IMG/VR virus record: IMGVR_UViG_2563367173_000002 | Span: 46,562 to 110,561 of that record | Origin: a virus | Taxonomy: Duplodnaviria > Caudoviricetes | Length of the DNA: 64,000 bases | Strand: one strand, 5' to 3' | Shown: piece after piece, positions 1-9,302 of the stretch | How the letters are laid out: each line of letters opens with the position of its first letter | How positions within the stretch are numbered: position 1 is the first letter of the stretch | Made by a program: the position numbers and the translations under genes | The notes under the pieces: generated by a model | Database searches by the model: none | What the model was told of the DNA's origin: nothing | The model's input: only the letters and a program-made list of their open reading frames with translations

Positions 1-1202
1 AACTGACGAATTATCGAATCTCTATCTTTCGTCTGTGATGTAAGTGCTACACCATTATATTTCTCTGCAAGTCTATTGATTTCATGCTGAAACTGACACC
101 ATATTATTATAGGTTTATCTCCTATTTCTTCAAATGCAGCATCTAATAGTTTATCTTTATTTGTATCAAAATCTATAATAGAACCATCTTTATTGATAAC
201 AAATCCACTTACTATTTCCCTTAATTTCATCAGCTTTGCAGTAAATTCAAACTTAGACCACTCATTTATGTTGTCCTGTATATCACGAATCATATCATCA
301 TAATATTTCTTCTGTTCTTTACCTAGTTCAAATCGCTTTACTTCAAATACTTTTGGAGGAAGGTCAACACAATCCTCTTTCTTTAAAAACACAGATTTTT
401 CTCTAAGTCTGTTAAAATACGCTTCTTTATCTTCTTCTGTTTGATACCATCTATGTGGATTTGCCATATCTTGATGAAAATATCTTGCTTGAAAACCGTA
501 AAAATTATTACCAAACACTTCTGGATCAACAAATTTCATCTGTGGGAAAATTTCTGAATTATGATTGGGTGTTGGTGTGCCTGATAATGCAAACCTATGA
601 GGAATAATATCTATCATTTGTAGTAATTCATTTGTAATTTGACTCGTCATATTCTTCATTACTTGACTTTCATCAATTATCATACAATCAAAATTCATTT
701 TCAAAATATCATTTTTGAGAATCTTAAAACTCTCATAATTCATAACATAAATATCAGAATTACTATTTAAAAATGTCATTCGTTCTTTCTTACTACTTCC
801 CCAACAATTCACAATGTTTAATTTAGGGTAAAATTCATTACAATCGTCAATCCATGCTGTTTCGATTACAGATAAAGGACACAAAATTAAAGTCTTTTCA
901 TAATGCTTTGCAAGTTCCAAACCCATAATTGTCTTTCCTGTGCCTGTATCGGCAAAAATGCCATAACAGCCTTCATTTAAAGCAATGTTTACGATTTTCT
1001 TTTGATATTCTCTAAGATGAGGAGAAAGTTCAAATTGAACAATCTCCTTTTCTTTTACTTCAATTTCTGAATCTATAAGACCATACTCTTGTAACTTCTT
1101 AACTGCTGAGTCTGGAAATTCCCATTTACCATTTTTAAACTTTCTTCCCTCAATGGTTCTTATGTATGGTATCTTCTCTACTGGAATCTCTAAAGACACC
1201 AT
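1..1202 (-). CDS. SNF2/DEAD-like helicase (3' part outside window)
   Basis: Manual translation from ATG at 1202: LREYQ, Walker A ADTGTGKT, CPLS, Walker B IIDESQ, motif III LSGTP; runs off the left edge. Confidence 0.85.
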   Translation of the reverse strand, partial: MVSLEIPVEKIPYIRTIEGRKFKNGKWEFPDSAVKKLQEYGLIDSEIEVKEKEIVQFELSPHLREYQKKIVNIALNEGCYGIFADTGTGKTIMGLELAKHYEKTLILCPLSVIETAWIDDCNEFYPKLNIVNCWGSSKKERMTFLNSNSDIYVMNYESFKILKNDILKMNFDCMIIDESQVMKNMTSQITNELLQMIDIIPHRFALSGTPTPNHNSEIFPQMKFVDPEVFGNNFYGFQARYFHQDMANPHRWYQTEEDKEAYFNRLREKSVFLKKEDCVDLPPKVFEVKRFELGKEQKKYYDDMIRDIQDNINEWSKFEFTAKLMKLREIVSGFVINKDGSIIDFDTNKDKLLDAAFEEIGDKPIIIWCQFQHEINRLAEKYNGVALTSQTKDRDSIIRQ

Positions 1203-1205
1203 TTA

Positions 1206-2225
1206 TTATTTTTCTCCTCCTGTAGACTTTTCTTTAATTTCCTTAATTTCTTTTACTTTTAATCCCAATGCTTTAAGTTGATTTTCCAATTCTTTAATCT
1301 CGGCACGAATATCCTTTTTCTTTTGAGTCAATTCTTTCTGTTCTGCCTTTTCTGCTTTAGCATTAGCACTCTGCTCTTTACCAGCAAGCAATTCTGCTTC
1401 AAATCGTTCCTTCATTTTCTCTACAGAATCATCAGATTCAAATATGGAATTATCCCAGAGGTTAAATCTCTTTTCATTCCCTAAATCATAAAACTCTTTA
1501 TTGAGTTCAATTCCTACTGCATTTCTACCACATTCAATAGCAACCTTATTAACTGTTCCTGCTCCCCCAAAAGGATCACACACTGTATCACCTGGACAAG
1601 ACCATAATTTTACGCACCGTTTCACCAATTCTTCAGCAAATGGAGTAGTATGTCCTATGCCAGAATTACTAATATTCCATACACCATCTGCCCAATCAGC
1701 CCACTCTTCTAATGTAATATCTGATGCCTTAATCAATTCACAATTGCCAGACTTCTTATATACATACACAAATCCTACATTGGCAGCTAAAATCGTGTCT
1801 CTTGCCTTCATATTACGATAATATAAATTACCCTGCGCAAGCATGGCTCTCTGTGCTGAATACTTACGCCAAAATGCTTTTGTCCATAGTGAAAAATTGT
1901 TATCAAGGAAAATCTTGTTAATATCTCCTGTCAAACTTTCCTGTCCCATTTTGTTATCTCTACCAACAGTGTAATTGTAATCTTCAAACTGCATAACAAA
2001 CTTTCCACCTGGCTTCAGAACCCGCTCACATTCTGTGATTACAAGTCCCAACAAATAATAGTATTCTTCATAACTTTCACAGTTGGATAGATCAGACGGG
2101 TCATTGCTATAAACCCTAAGATTGTGATATGGGGGTGAGGTTATAATAAGATCAATGCTTTCAGCATCCATTTTCTTCAGTTCTTTAAGACAGTCTCCGT
2201 TAATCCATTCATTTTTTAATTTCAA
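1206..2225 (-). CDS. N4-cytosine/N6-adenine DNA methyltransferase (beta class) with C-terminal coiled coil
   Basis: GDCL N-terminus, TSPPY catalytic motif, DPFGGAGT SAM-binding motif; TTG start after AAGGAG. Confidence 0.9.
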   Translation of the reverse strand: MKLKNEWINGDCLKELKKMDAESIDLIITSPPYHNLRVYSNDPSDLSNCESYEEYYYLLGLVITECERVLKPGGKFVMQFEDYNYTVGRDNKMGQESLTGDINKIFLDNNFSLWTKAFWRKYSAQRAMLAQGNLYYRNMKARDTILAANVGFVYVYKKSGNCELIKASDITLEEWADWADGVWNISNSGIGHTTPFAEELVKRCVKLWSCPGDTVCDPFGGAGTVNKVAIECGRNAVGIELNKEFYDLGNEKRFNLWDNSIFESDDSVEKMKERFEAELLAGKEQSANAKAEKAEQKELTQKKKDIRAEIKELENQLKALGLKVKEIKEIKEKSTGGEK

Positions 2226-2249
2226 TATGTATATCTCCTTTACTTTTTA

Positions 2250-2278
2250 TTGAGATTAACTTCGACTTGTGATATAAT
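2250..2278 (+). promoter_or_regulatory. sigma70-type promoter antisense to the operon
   Basis: TTGAGA-17 nt-TATAAT, embedded in an inverted repeat GATTAACTT...AAGTTAATC. Confidence 0.5.
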
Positions 2279-2317
2279 CAGATAGTCAAAGTTAATCATT
2301 TGACAGTTTTTAATCTC

Positions 2318-2360
2318 ATGCTACTGGTTGTCTCGCCAAAGTCAGACCAGTAGCATTTTT
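2318..2360 (+). terminator. intrinsic terminator hairpin
   Basis: ATGCTACTGGT...ACCAGTAGCAT 11-bp stem followed by a T run. Confidence 0.6.
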
Positions 2361-2401
2361 ATATAATCATCTTTCGACGTTACTAACTACTATTTCTACT
2401 T

Positions 2402-3529
2402 TTAATAATCCAATGAATCGAAATTTTCATTTCCATATTTACTTACTTCTATTTTCTTTTCGTTCATCTCTTTGCAAAATTCTTTGTATTTTTTTGTATA
2501 CTCATAACTATCGCCAAAGATGTTATTCACGGCTATAAATAATTTTGGTTCATATTCCTTTGTTATTTTCAATTCATACTCAAAATCTCTCCCATATGGG
2601 CAACAACAGCATCCAGTACGTTTTAATCCATATTCCGTGTAACATAAACTATGTGTAATCTCATAATGTTTATCATATTCTTCTTTATCAGAATTCTTAT
2701 ACCAGAATAAAGGTCTGTAATTGTCATAAGTATTCTTCTTGCTTTTACCATTTTCATCAAAGCAACTTTTATACGCCGAAGATCTGGCACCACCTTCTGA
2801 TTTTCTAATCCCAACTATATTTAAATCATATTCAAAATCAGATAATAATTTATGGGCTACATCCTTTTTAGCATACTTACAACATGTATTAGAAATTTTA
2901 AATTCTGGAGGATTTTCTATAATAAATTCTTTCAACCACTTATTATATGAAATGTTAAATTTACTACCTTTCTTATACTTATTGCACCACCACAATAAAG
3001 CTGAAACACATCCTCTGTAATATTTCCCTTTATATTCCTTTACACCGTTCTTAAATTTCCCATTCTTAAAAGCATTCTCATTTGATATTTCAATACAGTA
3101 CTTTTTAATTAATAAGTCAAAATCTTCACTTTCCCATTTGAAATTATATTTTTGGAGTCTTTGCATGAATTCACTGACTTGTTTTGAAAGAAATGGTTGT
3201 CCATATTGTTTACATGTTAATGGAATAGATTTTATAGCTTTGTATGGCATAATATTAATACCATATTTTTCTTCTAAATATTTCAAATGATTTTTTGTTG
3301 CTTGATATTCTAAACCAGTATCAAACCACACATATTCAATTTTATTATCTTTATCACATTTCGTACAAATATCTAACATCACATCACTATCAGATCCTCC
3401 AGATATTGAACATACTATTTTTTCATATTTACTATTATTAATCCTTGACCATGCTCTTATTAAGTTGTCTCCAATAGTTTGATTTTGAGGACAGTTCTCT
3501 AACAGTCCTGTTAAAGTTTTTTCACCCAA
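2402..3529 (-). CDS. phosphoadenosine phosphosulfate (PAPS) reductase family protein
   Basis: PP-loop SISGGSDS, DTGLE, CCKYAKK, GIRKSEG, RTGCCCCP. Confidence 0.85.
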   Translation of the reverse strand: MGEKTLTGLLENCPQNQTIGDNLIRAWSRINNSKYEKIVCSISGGSDSDVMLDICTKCDKDNKIEYVWFDTGLEYQATKNHLKYLEEKYGINIMPYKAIKSIPLTCKQYGQPFLSKQVSEFMQRLQKYNFKWESEDFDLLIKKYCIEISNENAFKNGKFKNGVKEYKGKYYRGCVSALLWWCNKYKKGSKFNISYNKWLKEFIIENPPEFKISNTCCKYAKKDVAHKLLSDFEYDLNIVGIRKSEGGARSSAYKSCFDENGKSKKNTYDNYRPLFWYKNSDKEEYDKHYEITHSLCYTEYGLKRTGCCCCPYGRDFEYELKITKEYEPKLFIAVNNIFGDSYEYTKKYKEFCKEMNEKKIEVSKYGNENFDSLDY

Positions 3530-3537
3530 TATGTATC

Positions 3538-3711
3538 TTTCCTCACGTAATTTAATCTACGTTTACGTGAGGTAAAGCCATACTTTATTCACGAATTATA
3601 TTCGTATTCGTGGGTGTCTTTTTACATCACTACCACATAACTTTTTCGATTATTTATTATCAACGTGCCACAATAAATAATCTTGTGACAACCTTTATCA
3701 TCTAAAGGTTA
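3538..3711 (-). promoter_or_regulatory. multi-hairpin 5' leader of the PAPS-reductase gene
   Basis: Four inverted repeats: CCTCACGTAA/TTACGTGAGG (includes the RBS), CACGAAT/ATTCGTG, GATTATTTATT/AATAAATAATC, AACCTTTA/TAAAGGTT. Confidence 0.5.
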
Positions 3712-3731
3712 TAAATACTTTGGGTGATGGT

Positions 3732-4088
3732 TTAACCAATCTGTAGTACAGCATCTCCTACAAATTCTACATTAAGAACTTTTATATTTTGGATAGATTC
3801 TTCGTATTCTGATTCATAATCCCTGGCAAACATATCTGCCCACATATCATCATATTCTTGTTCACTAACATTGTTTAGGACCATGTATTTTTCAGATTCT
3901 TTGTAATTTCCATTTTTCGTCTCATATCCTACAAAAACTTTATAAACTGGCAATTCCAATTTTGATTTGATAAAGTTCCTTGGATGAATATTCATCAACT
4001 TTTTCTTTAAACTATCATCAAAAATCTCAAACACATCAATTCCTGTCCTTATTACACACCATTCAAAAAATTTACTTGGATGTAGCAC
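3732..4088 (-). CDS. hypothetical protein
   Basis: 118-aa ORF with GGAGGTG RBS. Confidence 0.6.
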   Translation of the reverse strand: MLHPSKFFEWCVIRTGIDVFEIFDDSLKKKLMNIHPRNFIKSKLELPVYKVFVGYETKNGNYKESEKYMVLNNVSEQEYDDMWADMFARDYESEYEESIQNIKVLNVEFVGDAVLQIG

Positions 4089-4115
4089 TACTTTTCACCT
4101 CCCCCTCTTCATATT

Positions 4116-5030
4116 TCATTTTGAAATTGGCTTTTCCTTCTTAAATACTATTTCTTTTACACATTCCATGATTCTATTCTTGCCTATATTAAAAATCTCT
4201 TCATTATTCTCAATACAGATACATTTCCTACCTGTATTAATAACAGCTACTCCAGTTGTCATACTGCCAGCAGTTGAATCAAGCACAGTATCACTCTCAT
4301 TAGTATAAGTTTTAATAATTTCTTCTACTAACGCTACTGGCTTTTGAGTTGGAGTTAATGCACACTTTTGGGTATCCTTGGCGAATAGCCAAACTGATTT
4401 AGGAAATCTCTCTGTACTGTCATATGTATGATTTTTGATTTCGTTGTAATTTGTTGACTGTTTACTATTTCTCTTATGTGATGCTGTACTAACTTTTCTG
4501 ATATGCCCACTTGTCTTCTGCGGATTATATGTTGGCTGCTTCTTATAAAAAACGCACATATCCTCATGATTTCTCATTGGCATCCGATTAGCATTTTGAA
4601 ATCCTGTAGGCTGAGTCTTCTCCCAAACGAGATTATACTTCCACATTTCTCGGTTACTTTCCATAAGATCAGCAGTAAACATACCGTTTGCAAATAAAAT
4701 TATCGCTCCATTATCTTTGATAATTCTTTTATACTGAGTCCATAACCCTGTAGATTTATTTTCTTCAAAGTATATAAGTGCGCCGTTATAATCTGCTTCT
4801 CCTTGTTGATAACACCACAGAAGAAAATCATCTCTATAAAATATTCTTGGTTTTTTTCTAACTTCTATAGTTATGTAGTCATTAAATGGAATTACTATAT
4901 CCCAAGAATTCCTGGCGGTCTGCCCGAAAGGGAGATCCGTAATAATTGCATCTATGGATTTATCAGGAATATTATTCATCAATTCCAGACAATCACCTTG
5001 CCATAATTCATAATTACTATTTTCAAATAT
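4116..5030 (-). CDS. N6/N4 DNA methyltransferase; true start upstream of the called ORF (non-canonical or frameshifted)
   Basis: TDLPFG, PTQKP, DSTAGSMTT; the frame continues upstream as IFENSNYELWQGDCLEL with no in-frame ATG/GTG/TTG. Confidence 0.8.
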   Translation of the reverse strand: MFENSNYELWQGDCLELMNNIPDKSIDAIITDLPFGQTARNSWDIVIPFNDYITIEVRKKPRIFYRDDFLLWCYQQGEADYNGALIYFEENKSTGLWTQYKRIIKDNGAIILFANGMFTADLMESNREMWKYNLVWEKTQPTGFQNANRMPMRNHEDMCVFYKKQPTYNPQKTSGHIRKVSTASHKRNSKQSTNYNEIKNHTYDSTERFPKSVWLFAKDTQKCALTPTQKPVALVEEIIKTYTNESDTVLDSTAGSMTTGVAVINTGRKCICIENNEEIFNIGKNRIMECVKEIVFKKEKPISK

Positions 5031-5097
5031 TTTTCTTTTCCCAGAAAGGCATGAACATCTTACGGCTGCAGCACCTTTGTCCTTTCTGTATTATTTT

Positions 5098-5268
5098 TTA
5101 TTCAATTTGATATTTGAAAGATAATGGACATCCACTATCTATATCTCCACCAAGGCACTCACCTTCACATAAACCACATTCATACTCTGGATACCCAGTG
5201 TCATGTTCATAGTAACTCTGTTCACAATATTCGCATTCTTCCCAATTCTGCTCATAAATATCTTCCAT
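5098..5268 (-). CDS. small Cys-rich acidic protein
   Basis: Manual translation MEDIYEQNWEECEYCEQSYYEHDTGYPEYECGLCEGECLGG... Confidence 0.55.
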   Translation of the reverse strand: MEDIYEQNWEECEYCEQSYYEHDTGYPEYECGLCEGECLGGDIDSGCPLSFKYQIE

Positions 5269-5271
5269 AAG

Positions 5272-5862
5272 CTACGCCCTTTTATCTGCAATACATTTAA
5301 TCTGATTCTCAATCTGTCGATACGTATCATTTGCAGTTAAAATACTTAATACAGCACTGGAAAGCATATTCTTTGTTGAAGAATCAAAGGTGTCCTTCAT
5401 AGTTTTATTAATATCTTTCCTAATACCATCCATAAATTTGTCCAAATCAGCTTTAATCAAATCATCTACATTAAATGATCTATTAATATATTCTTCAAAA
5501 GATACTTGCTCAAAATCATCAGAATATGAAGAAGTTCTGCCTTTTTTCTTTGCTTTCAAAGTTTTAGACTCCAGACGATCTTTTAATTCCTTTTTAATAT
5601 ACTGCTCTACTGTATATTCTTTTTGCTCCTCATCATCCCAATAGCTATTACCACCAACCTTGATTACAGTATTTTTAATATACTCATCTACAAATTTCTG
5701 AAAGTTTGATGATACTGCATTATTTATTTCTTTCTTTGCCAACTCTTCAATTGTCTTATTTACGCTCTTTTTTACTTGCTCTTTAATAATTGTTTCAATA
5801 TTATTTTCTGTAGTCTCTTTTACCAAAGATTCTAAATTTTCTAAATCAATTGTTACTTTCAA
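5272..5862 (-). CDS. hypothetical helical protein
   Basis: 196-aa ORF with AAGGAGG RBS and TTG start. Confidence 0.65.
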   Translation of the reverse strand: MKVTIDLENLESLVKETTENNIETIIKEQVKKSVNKTIEELAKKEINNAVSSNFQKFVDEYIKNTVIKVGGNSYWDDEEQKEYTVEQYIKKELKDRLESKTLKAKKKGRTSSYSDDFEQVSFEEYINRSFNVDDLIKADLDKFMDGIRKDINKTMKDTFDSSTKNMLSSAVLSILTANDTYRQIENQIKCIADKRA

Positions 5863-5895
5863 AATATTCCTCCTTAAATTTTGCTTTGAAACAGA

Positions 5896-6618
5896 TTATT
5901 TATTGTCTAGCCAATCTTTATATTGTCGAATAAGTTCTGTATACAATTCTTCGTCATTCATGTTCTCCATATCTTTAACTGAAATGAATCCAGTATTATC
6001 ACACTTTCTACCTGGCATGTTATCTAAAGAACGTAGATAAGTAAATGATTCATTTCCAATTCCAACAAATTGAACAAACATATTATATTCAGATAATTCT
6101 CTTATAATTTTATCTGTTTCACTCTGATCTGAATTCGCTCCATCTGTAATAAAAATTATAAATGCAGGTATATCATTTAAACTAGTTTTGTTATAATATT
6201 TGACTATATCTCTCAATACTGGCGCATATTCTGTTCCTCCCATACACATGCCAGATTTGACCATAATATTTTTAACATAATCTTCATAATTATTAGTAGT
6301 TACTGATTTTAGTTTCTTTTTTTCGTTAGAAAACAACCATGATTCTAATTCACCATTATCATCAAACCGTAAAGCAATTGGAAGCAGTCTTGTAATAGTT
6401 CTTTGTATAGCCCCACTACAAAATAGTTTATCCATACTTCCAGAATAATCCATAGCAAGTGCTACTTTCGCGATATGCTTGGATAAATTTACTTTACCTT
6501 CTTTTGATAAATTCACCAAAACCTTATCTAAATTATCTTTTGATTTTGACAAATTGATTATTACACTCTTTTGAGCATTGTCAACTTCCTTGTTGAAAAA
6601 CTTTCCTAATAATCCCAT
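5896..6618 (-). CDS. vWA domain protein (TerF/tellurium-stress-associated vWA type)
   Basis: MIDAS motif DYSGS, GGTEYAP, FITDG, QFVGIG, LDN...DNTGF; likely start MGLLG. Confidence 0.8.
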   Translation of the reverse strand: MGLLGKFFNKEVDNAQKSVIINLSKSKDNLDKVLVNLSKEGKVNLSKHIAKVALAMDYSGSMDKLFCSGAIQRTITRLLPIALRFDDNGELESWLFSNEKKKLKSVTTNNYEDYVKNIMVKSGMCMGGTEYAPVLRDIVKYYNKTSLNDIPAFIIFITDGANSDQSETDKIIRELSEYNMFVQFVGIGNESFTYLRSLDNMPGRKCDNTGFISVKDMENMNDEELYTELIRQYKDWLDNK

Positions 6619-6736
6619 AATAAGAATCCTTTCTGATGTATTTATTTTATAATATCTATAATAATAAAGTGCCAAATTTAATAAGGTCTGACACAATGAC
6701 CTCTAAAAATAGCTTTAAAATCTCGATTTCATGTCT

Positions 6737-6784
6737 ATACCATATATAGCAATCGCTTGTATAGTCAAGCACCATATATGGTAT
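6737..6784 (-). promoter_or_regulatory. tandem NrdR-box-like operators overlapping a promoter
   Basis: ATACCATATATAGCAA (6737) and GCACCATATATGGTAT (6769) are 32 bp apart and resemble acaCwAtATaTwGtgt; - strand TTGACT-18-TATGGT overlaps them. Confidence 0.55.
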
Positions 6785-6788
6785 ATTT

Positions 6789-7691
6789 TTATTGTTCAGA
6801 CACTATCTTTTTGAACATTTCATCTACAGAATCCAATAAATCATATCTCCTATTAAAATCAGCAGTAGAACTTCTTGCAAATTTCTGTTCAACCATATCA
6901 ATGTAATAAGTCATTGAACCGTCATCCCCCATATAGAATTCATCCCACTCTTCCTGACTCATTAATCGCTGAACTTCAAGCTGTTCAATAGCAAGATTAT
7001 CAAAACTCACTACTTTGAAACGCTCAATGATTCCACCAAGATTTTCTTTCAGCCACATTTGCTTAATAATGATATTTTCGTGATCCTCACTATACCATTC
7101 ACCACCACGCCTTAACTGCTTATATCCAAGGATAAGCATCTTCAAATTCTTATCAGATAACATTTCTACGTCTGAAGGCTTGAGAATACCGTTAATCACA
7201 TGTATAACTGCATTTGGATATTGCTGAATTAGTGATATAAATTCATCTGTTGGATTTACAAGTGACACACCAAGACCATATATCAATTTTTCATCAACCA
7301 ACTTCTTAATCAATTCCTGTTTCTGCTCAAAGTGTTGCTGGTTTACGGTCATATTCACAATGACTTTTCTATCCTTTAGCTTATGTAAAAACGGAATCAA
7401 ATCTGGATGACTTGTTGCATCACCACCACCAAGCGCAACCTCCTGATATGGATGCAAAGTCTCGATAAACTTTTGATTCAGAATATCACCATGCTTACCA
7501 TTTTTTGTGCTACCTTCATGGCAGAATTTGCAGCCCATATCACAATAATTACTTATCTTGATATCCATATTCTCTGCAAACTCAGGAATAAATTCATCAT
7601 CTTCTGTCTCTCTTATTTTGGTTCCGTCTGAAAATATGCGTGTACGCATATTCCCATTCTTATAAATTCCCAACAGATTCATTTTTATCAT
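6789..7691 (-). CDS. radical SAM protein
   Basis: CDMGCKFC (CxxxCxxC), ALGGGD, TVN; no obvious Cys-rich SPASM tail. Confidence 0.85.
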   Translation of the reverse strand: MIKMNLLGIYKNGNMRTRIFSDGTKIRETEDDEFIPEFAENMDIKISNYCDMGCKFCHEGSTKNGKHGDILNQKFIETLHPYQEVALGGGDATSHPDLIPFLHKLKDRKVIVNMTVNQQHFEQKQELIKKLVDEKLIYGLGVSLVNPTDEFISLIQQYPNAVIHVINGILKPSDVEMLSDKNLKMLILGYKQLRRGGEWYSEDHENIIIKQMWLKENLGGIIERFKVVSFDNLAIEQLEVQRLMSQEEWDEFYMGDDGSMTYYIDMVEQKFARSSTADFNRRYDLLDSVDEMFKKIVSEQ

Positions 7692-7701
7692 CCTTTCTTA
7701 A

Positions 7702-8115
7702 TTAGCAATAACCATATTCACCAAATGCAACAATTTTATCACCATTTTTGGAAGTGTATCTCTGTACAAATGTTTCTAAATCGCCATCATGCATATATTG
7801 GTCATACGTCTTTGCGTCTTCATCAATAATGTCATTCTCTTTTGCATATTTAGTATAATATTTCTGTTTTGTATCCTCAGACAAATCATTCCAATCTTTC
7901 TGAAAATCGTCTTTATTTTCTTCATAATCTTCTTGTGCCATTTTTTTATCATGTTCACTTAATTTTGTTGCAGATATAAAATTTTCTTCTCCATATTCAT
8001 GAAATAATACTTCTCCTCTTTTCCAAGCCTCAAATTCCTCTTCACTGCACATAGTAAGTGAATGTGTGCTGCTACTATTTGTTTCAAATACTCCACGCCT
8101 TATTTGTCTCTTCAT
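7702..8115 (-). CDS. FETNSSS-motif protein 3
   Basis: N-terminus MKRQIRRGVFETNSSSTHSL after GGAGG RBS. Confidence 0.75.
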   Translation of the reverse strand: MKRQIRRGVFETNSSSTHSLTMCSEEEFEAWKRGEVLFHEYGEENFISATKLSEHDKKMAQEDYEENKDDFQKDWNDLSEDTKQKYYTKYAKENDIIDEDAKTYDQYMHDGDLETFVQRYTSKNGDKIVAFGEYGYC

Positions 8116-8131
8116 AAAATAAATTTCCTCC

Positions 8132-8578
8132 TTAATCACAATCTGTTTTTAATGACACATACTTATTGAATACAAAATTGATAACCGCATCCTCATCATA
8201 AACATTGACAATTTCAATATTGCCACAGGGCCGCGACTGATGATCAATCTCTGGTTCCTGTTCTCCTAAAATCTTAATTCCTGTCGCACCTGTATATTTA
8301 CAAATAGCATCCTGAATTTCTCTAAATTCCCACTTGTCATAAATATCAGATATATCATATCCTGACAGATAATATAAACAAGTAATCAGATAGGAAAGTT
8401 TGTCATATTGTGATGTATAAATACGTTTGTCTTTTCCAAACTGTCCAAAATCAATTTCTATTTCTCCATCCTTATTCAGTTTGAATTCACTCGGTTCCTT
8501 GCCCTCATTAGAAATAACCAAACTGTGAACCGAAGACGAATTTGTTTCAAATACACCTTTTCTAATCTTCCTTTTCAT
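8132..8578 (-). CDS. FETNSSS-motif protein 2
   Basis: N-terminus MKRKIRKGVFETNSSSVHSL after GGAGG RBS. Confidence 0.75.
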   Translation of the reverse strand: MKRKIRKGVFETNSSSVHSLVISNEGKEPSEFKLNKDGEIEIDFGQFGKDKRIYTSQYDKLSYLITCLYYLSGYDISDIYDKWEFREIQDAICKYTGATGIKILGEQEPEIDHQSRPCGNIEIVNVYDEDAVINFVFNKYVSLKTDCD

Positions 8579-8588
8579 TGATCCTCCC

Positions 8589-9302
8589 TTAATCCTCTCT
8601 TGGATATTCATGAACAATCATATCCATATTTACTAGCCCTGTTTGCTTCATATTGTCCCAATAGCAATATTCATCACCGTCTTGAATGACGACATATTTC
8701 TTATTTATAAGATATTCTTCAAGAGAAATACCTTCATGCTCTAAAAATCCACTTAGAATATCTTCATCAACATATCCTGTGCATGGTATGTCATAATGCC
8801 ACCAGCCATTTGAAGATTTCCAATACTCAATTTCAAAACCCCAATCCTTTTCTTTCTGTGATAAATATTCTTTTAGTTCATCTTCTGTCTTACCATACTT
8901 CTGATAATAGTCATCGTTTTTATGTTCTTCATCATTTTTATCTACAATACTATCACTGTCCATTGGCAGTTTGATCTTTTTAAGACCTGGTATATATTTC
9001 AATGCAAGTGCAACGAGTTCTTTATAAACATCATCATTATAGTCATGAACCAACGAAGCACACGCATACAACCATTTATCTGTAAATGTTCCCAAAGCCC
9101 TAAATGGACTCCTACCAAATTCCAAATCGTGATCCCAAGGCTCCCAAACACAAGATTCCTCGCCTGTATCTTCATCTTTACATAAATATATTCCGTCTAA
9201 AATTTCTTCTGGAGTATATTTATCATCTCTCTTCATAACTGTTAAACTATGCATAGAACTCGAATTTGTTTCAAAAACATTTCTTCTAATCTGTCTCTTC
9301 AT
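8589..9302 (-). CDS. FETNSSS-motif protein 1
   Basis: N-terminus MKRQIRRNVFETNSSSMHSL after AGGAG RBS. Confidence 0.75.
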   Translation of the reverse strand: MKRQIRRNVFETNSSSMHSLTVMKRDDKYTPEEILDGIYLCKDEDTGEESCVWEPWDHDLEFGRSPFRALGTFTDKWLYACASLVHDYNDDVYKELVALALKYIPGLKKIKLPMDSDSIVDKNDEEHKNDDYYQKYGKTEDELKEYLSQKEKDWGFEIEYWKSSNGWWHYDIPCTGYVDEDILSGFLEHEGISLEEYLINKKYVVIQDGDEYCYWDNMKQTGLVNMDMIVHEYPRED

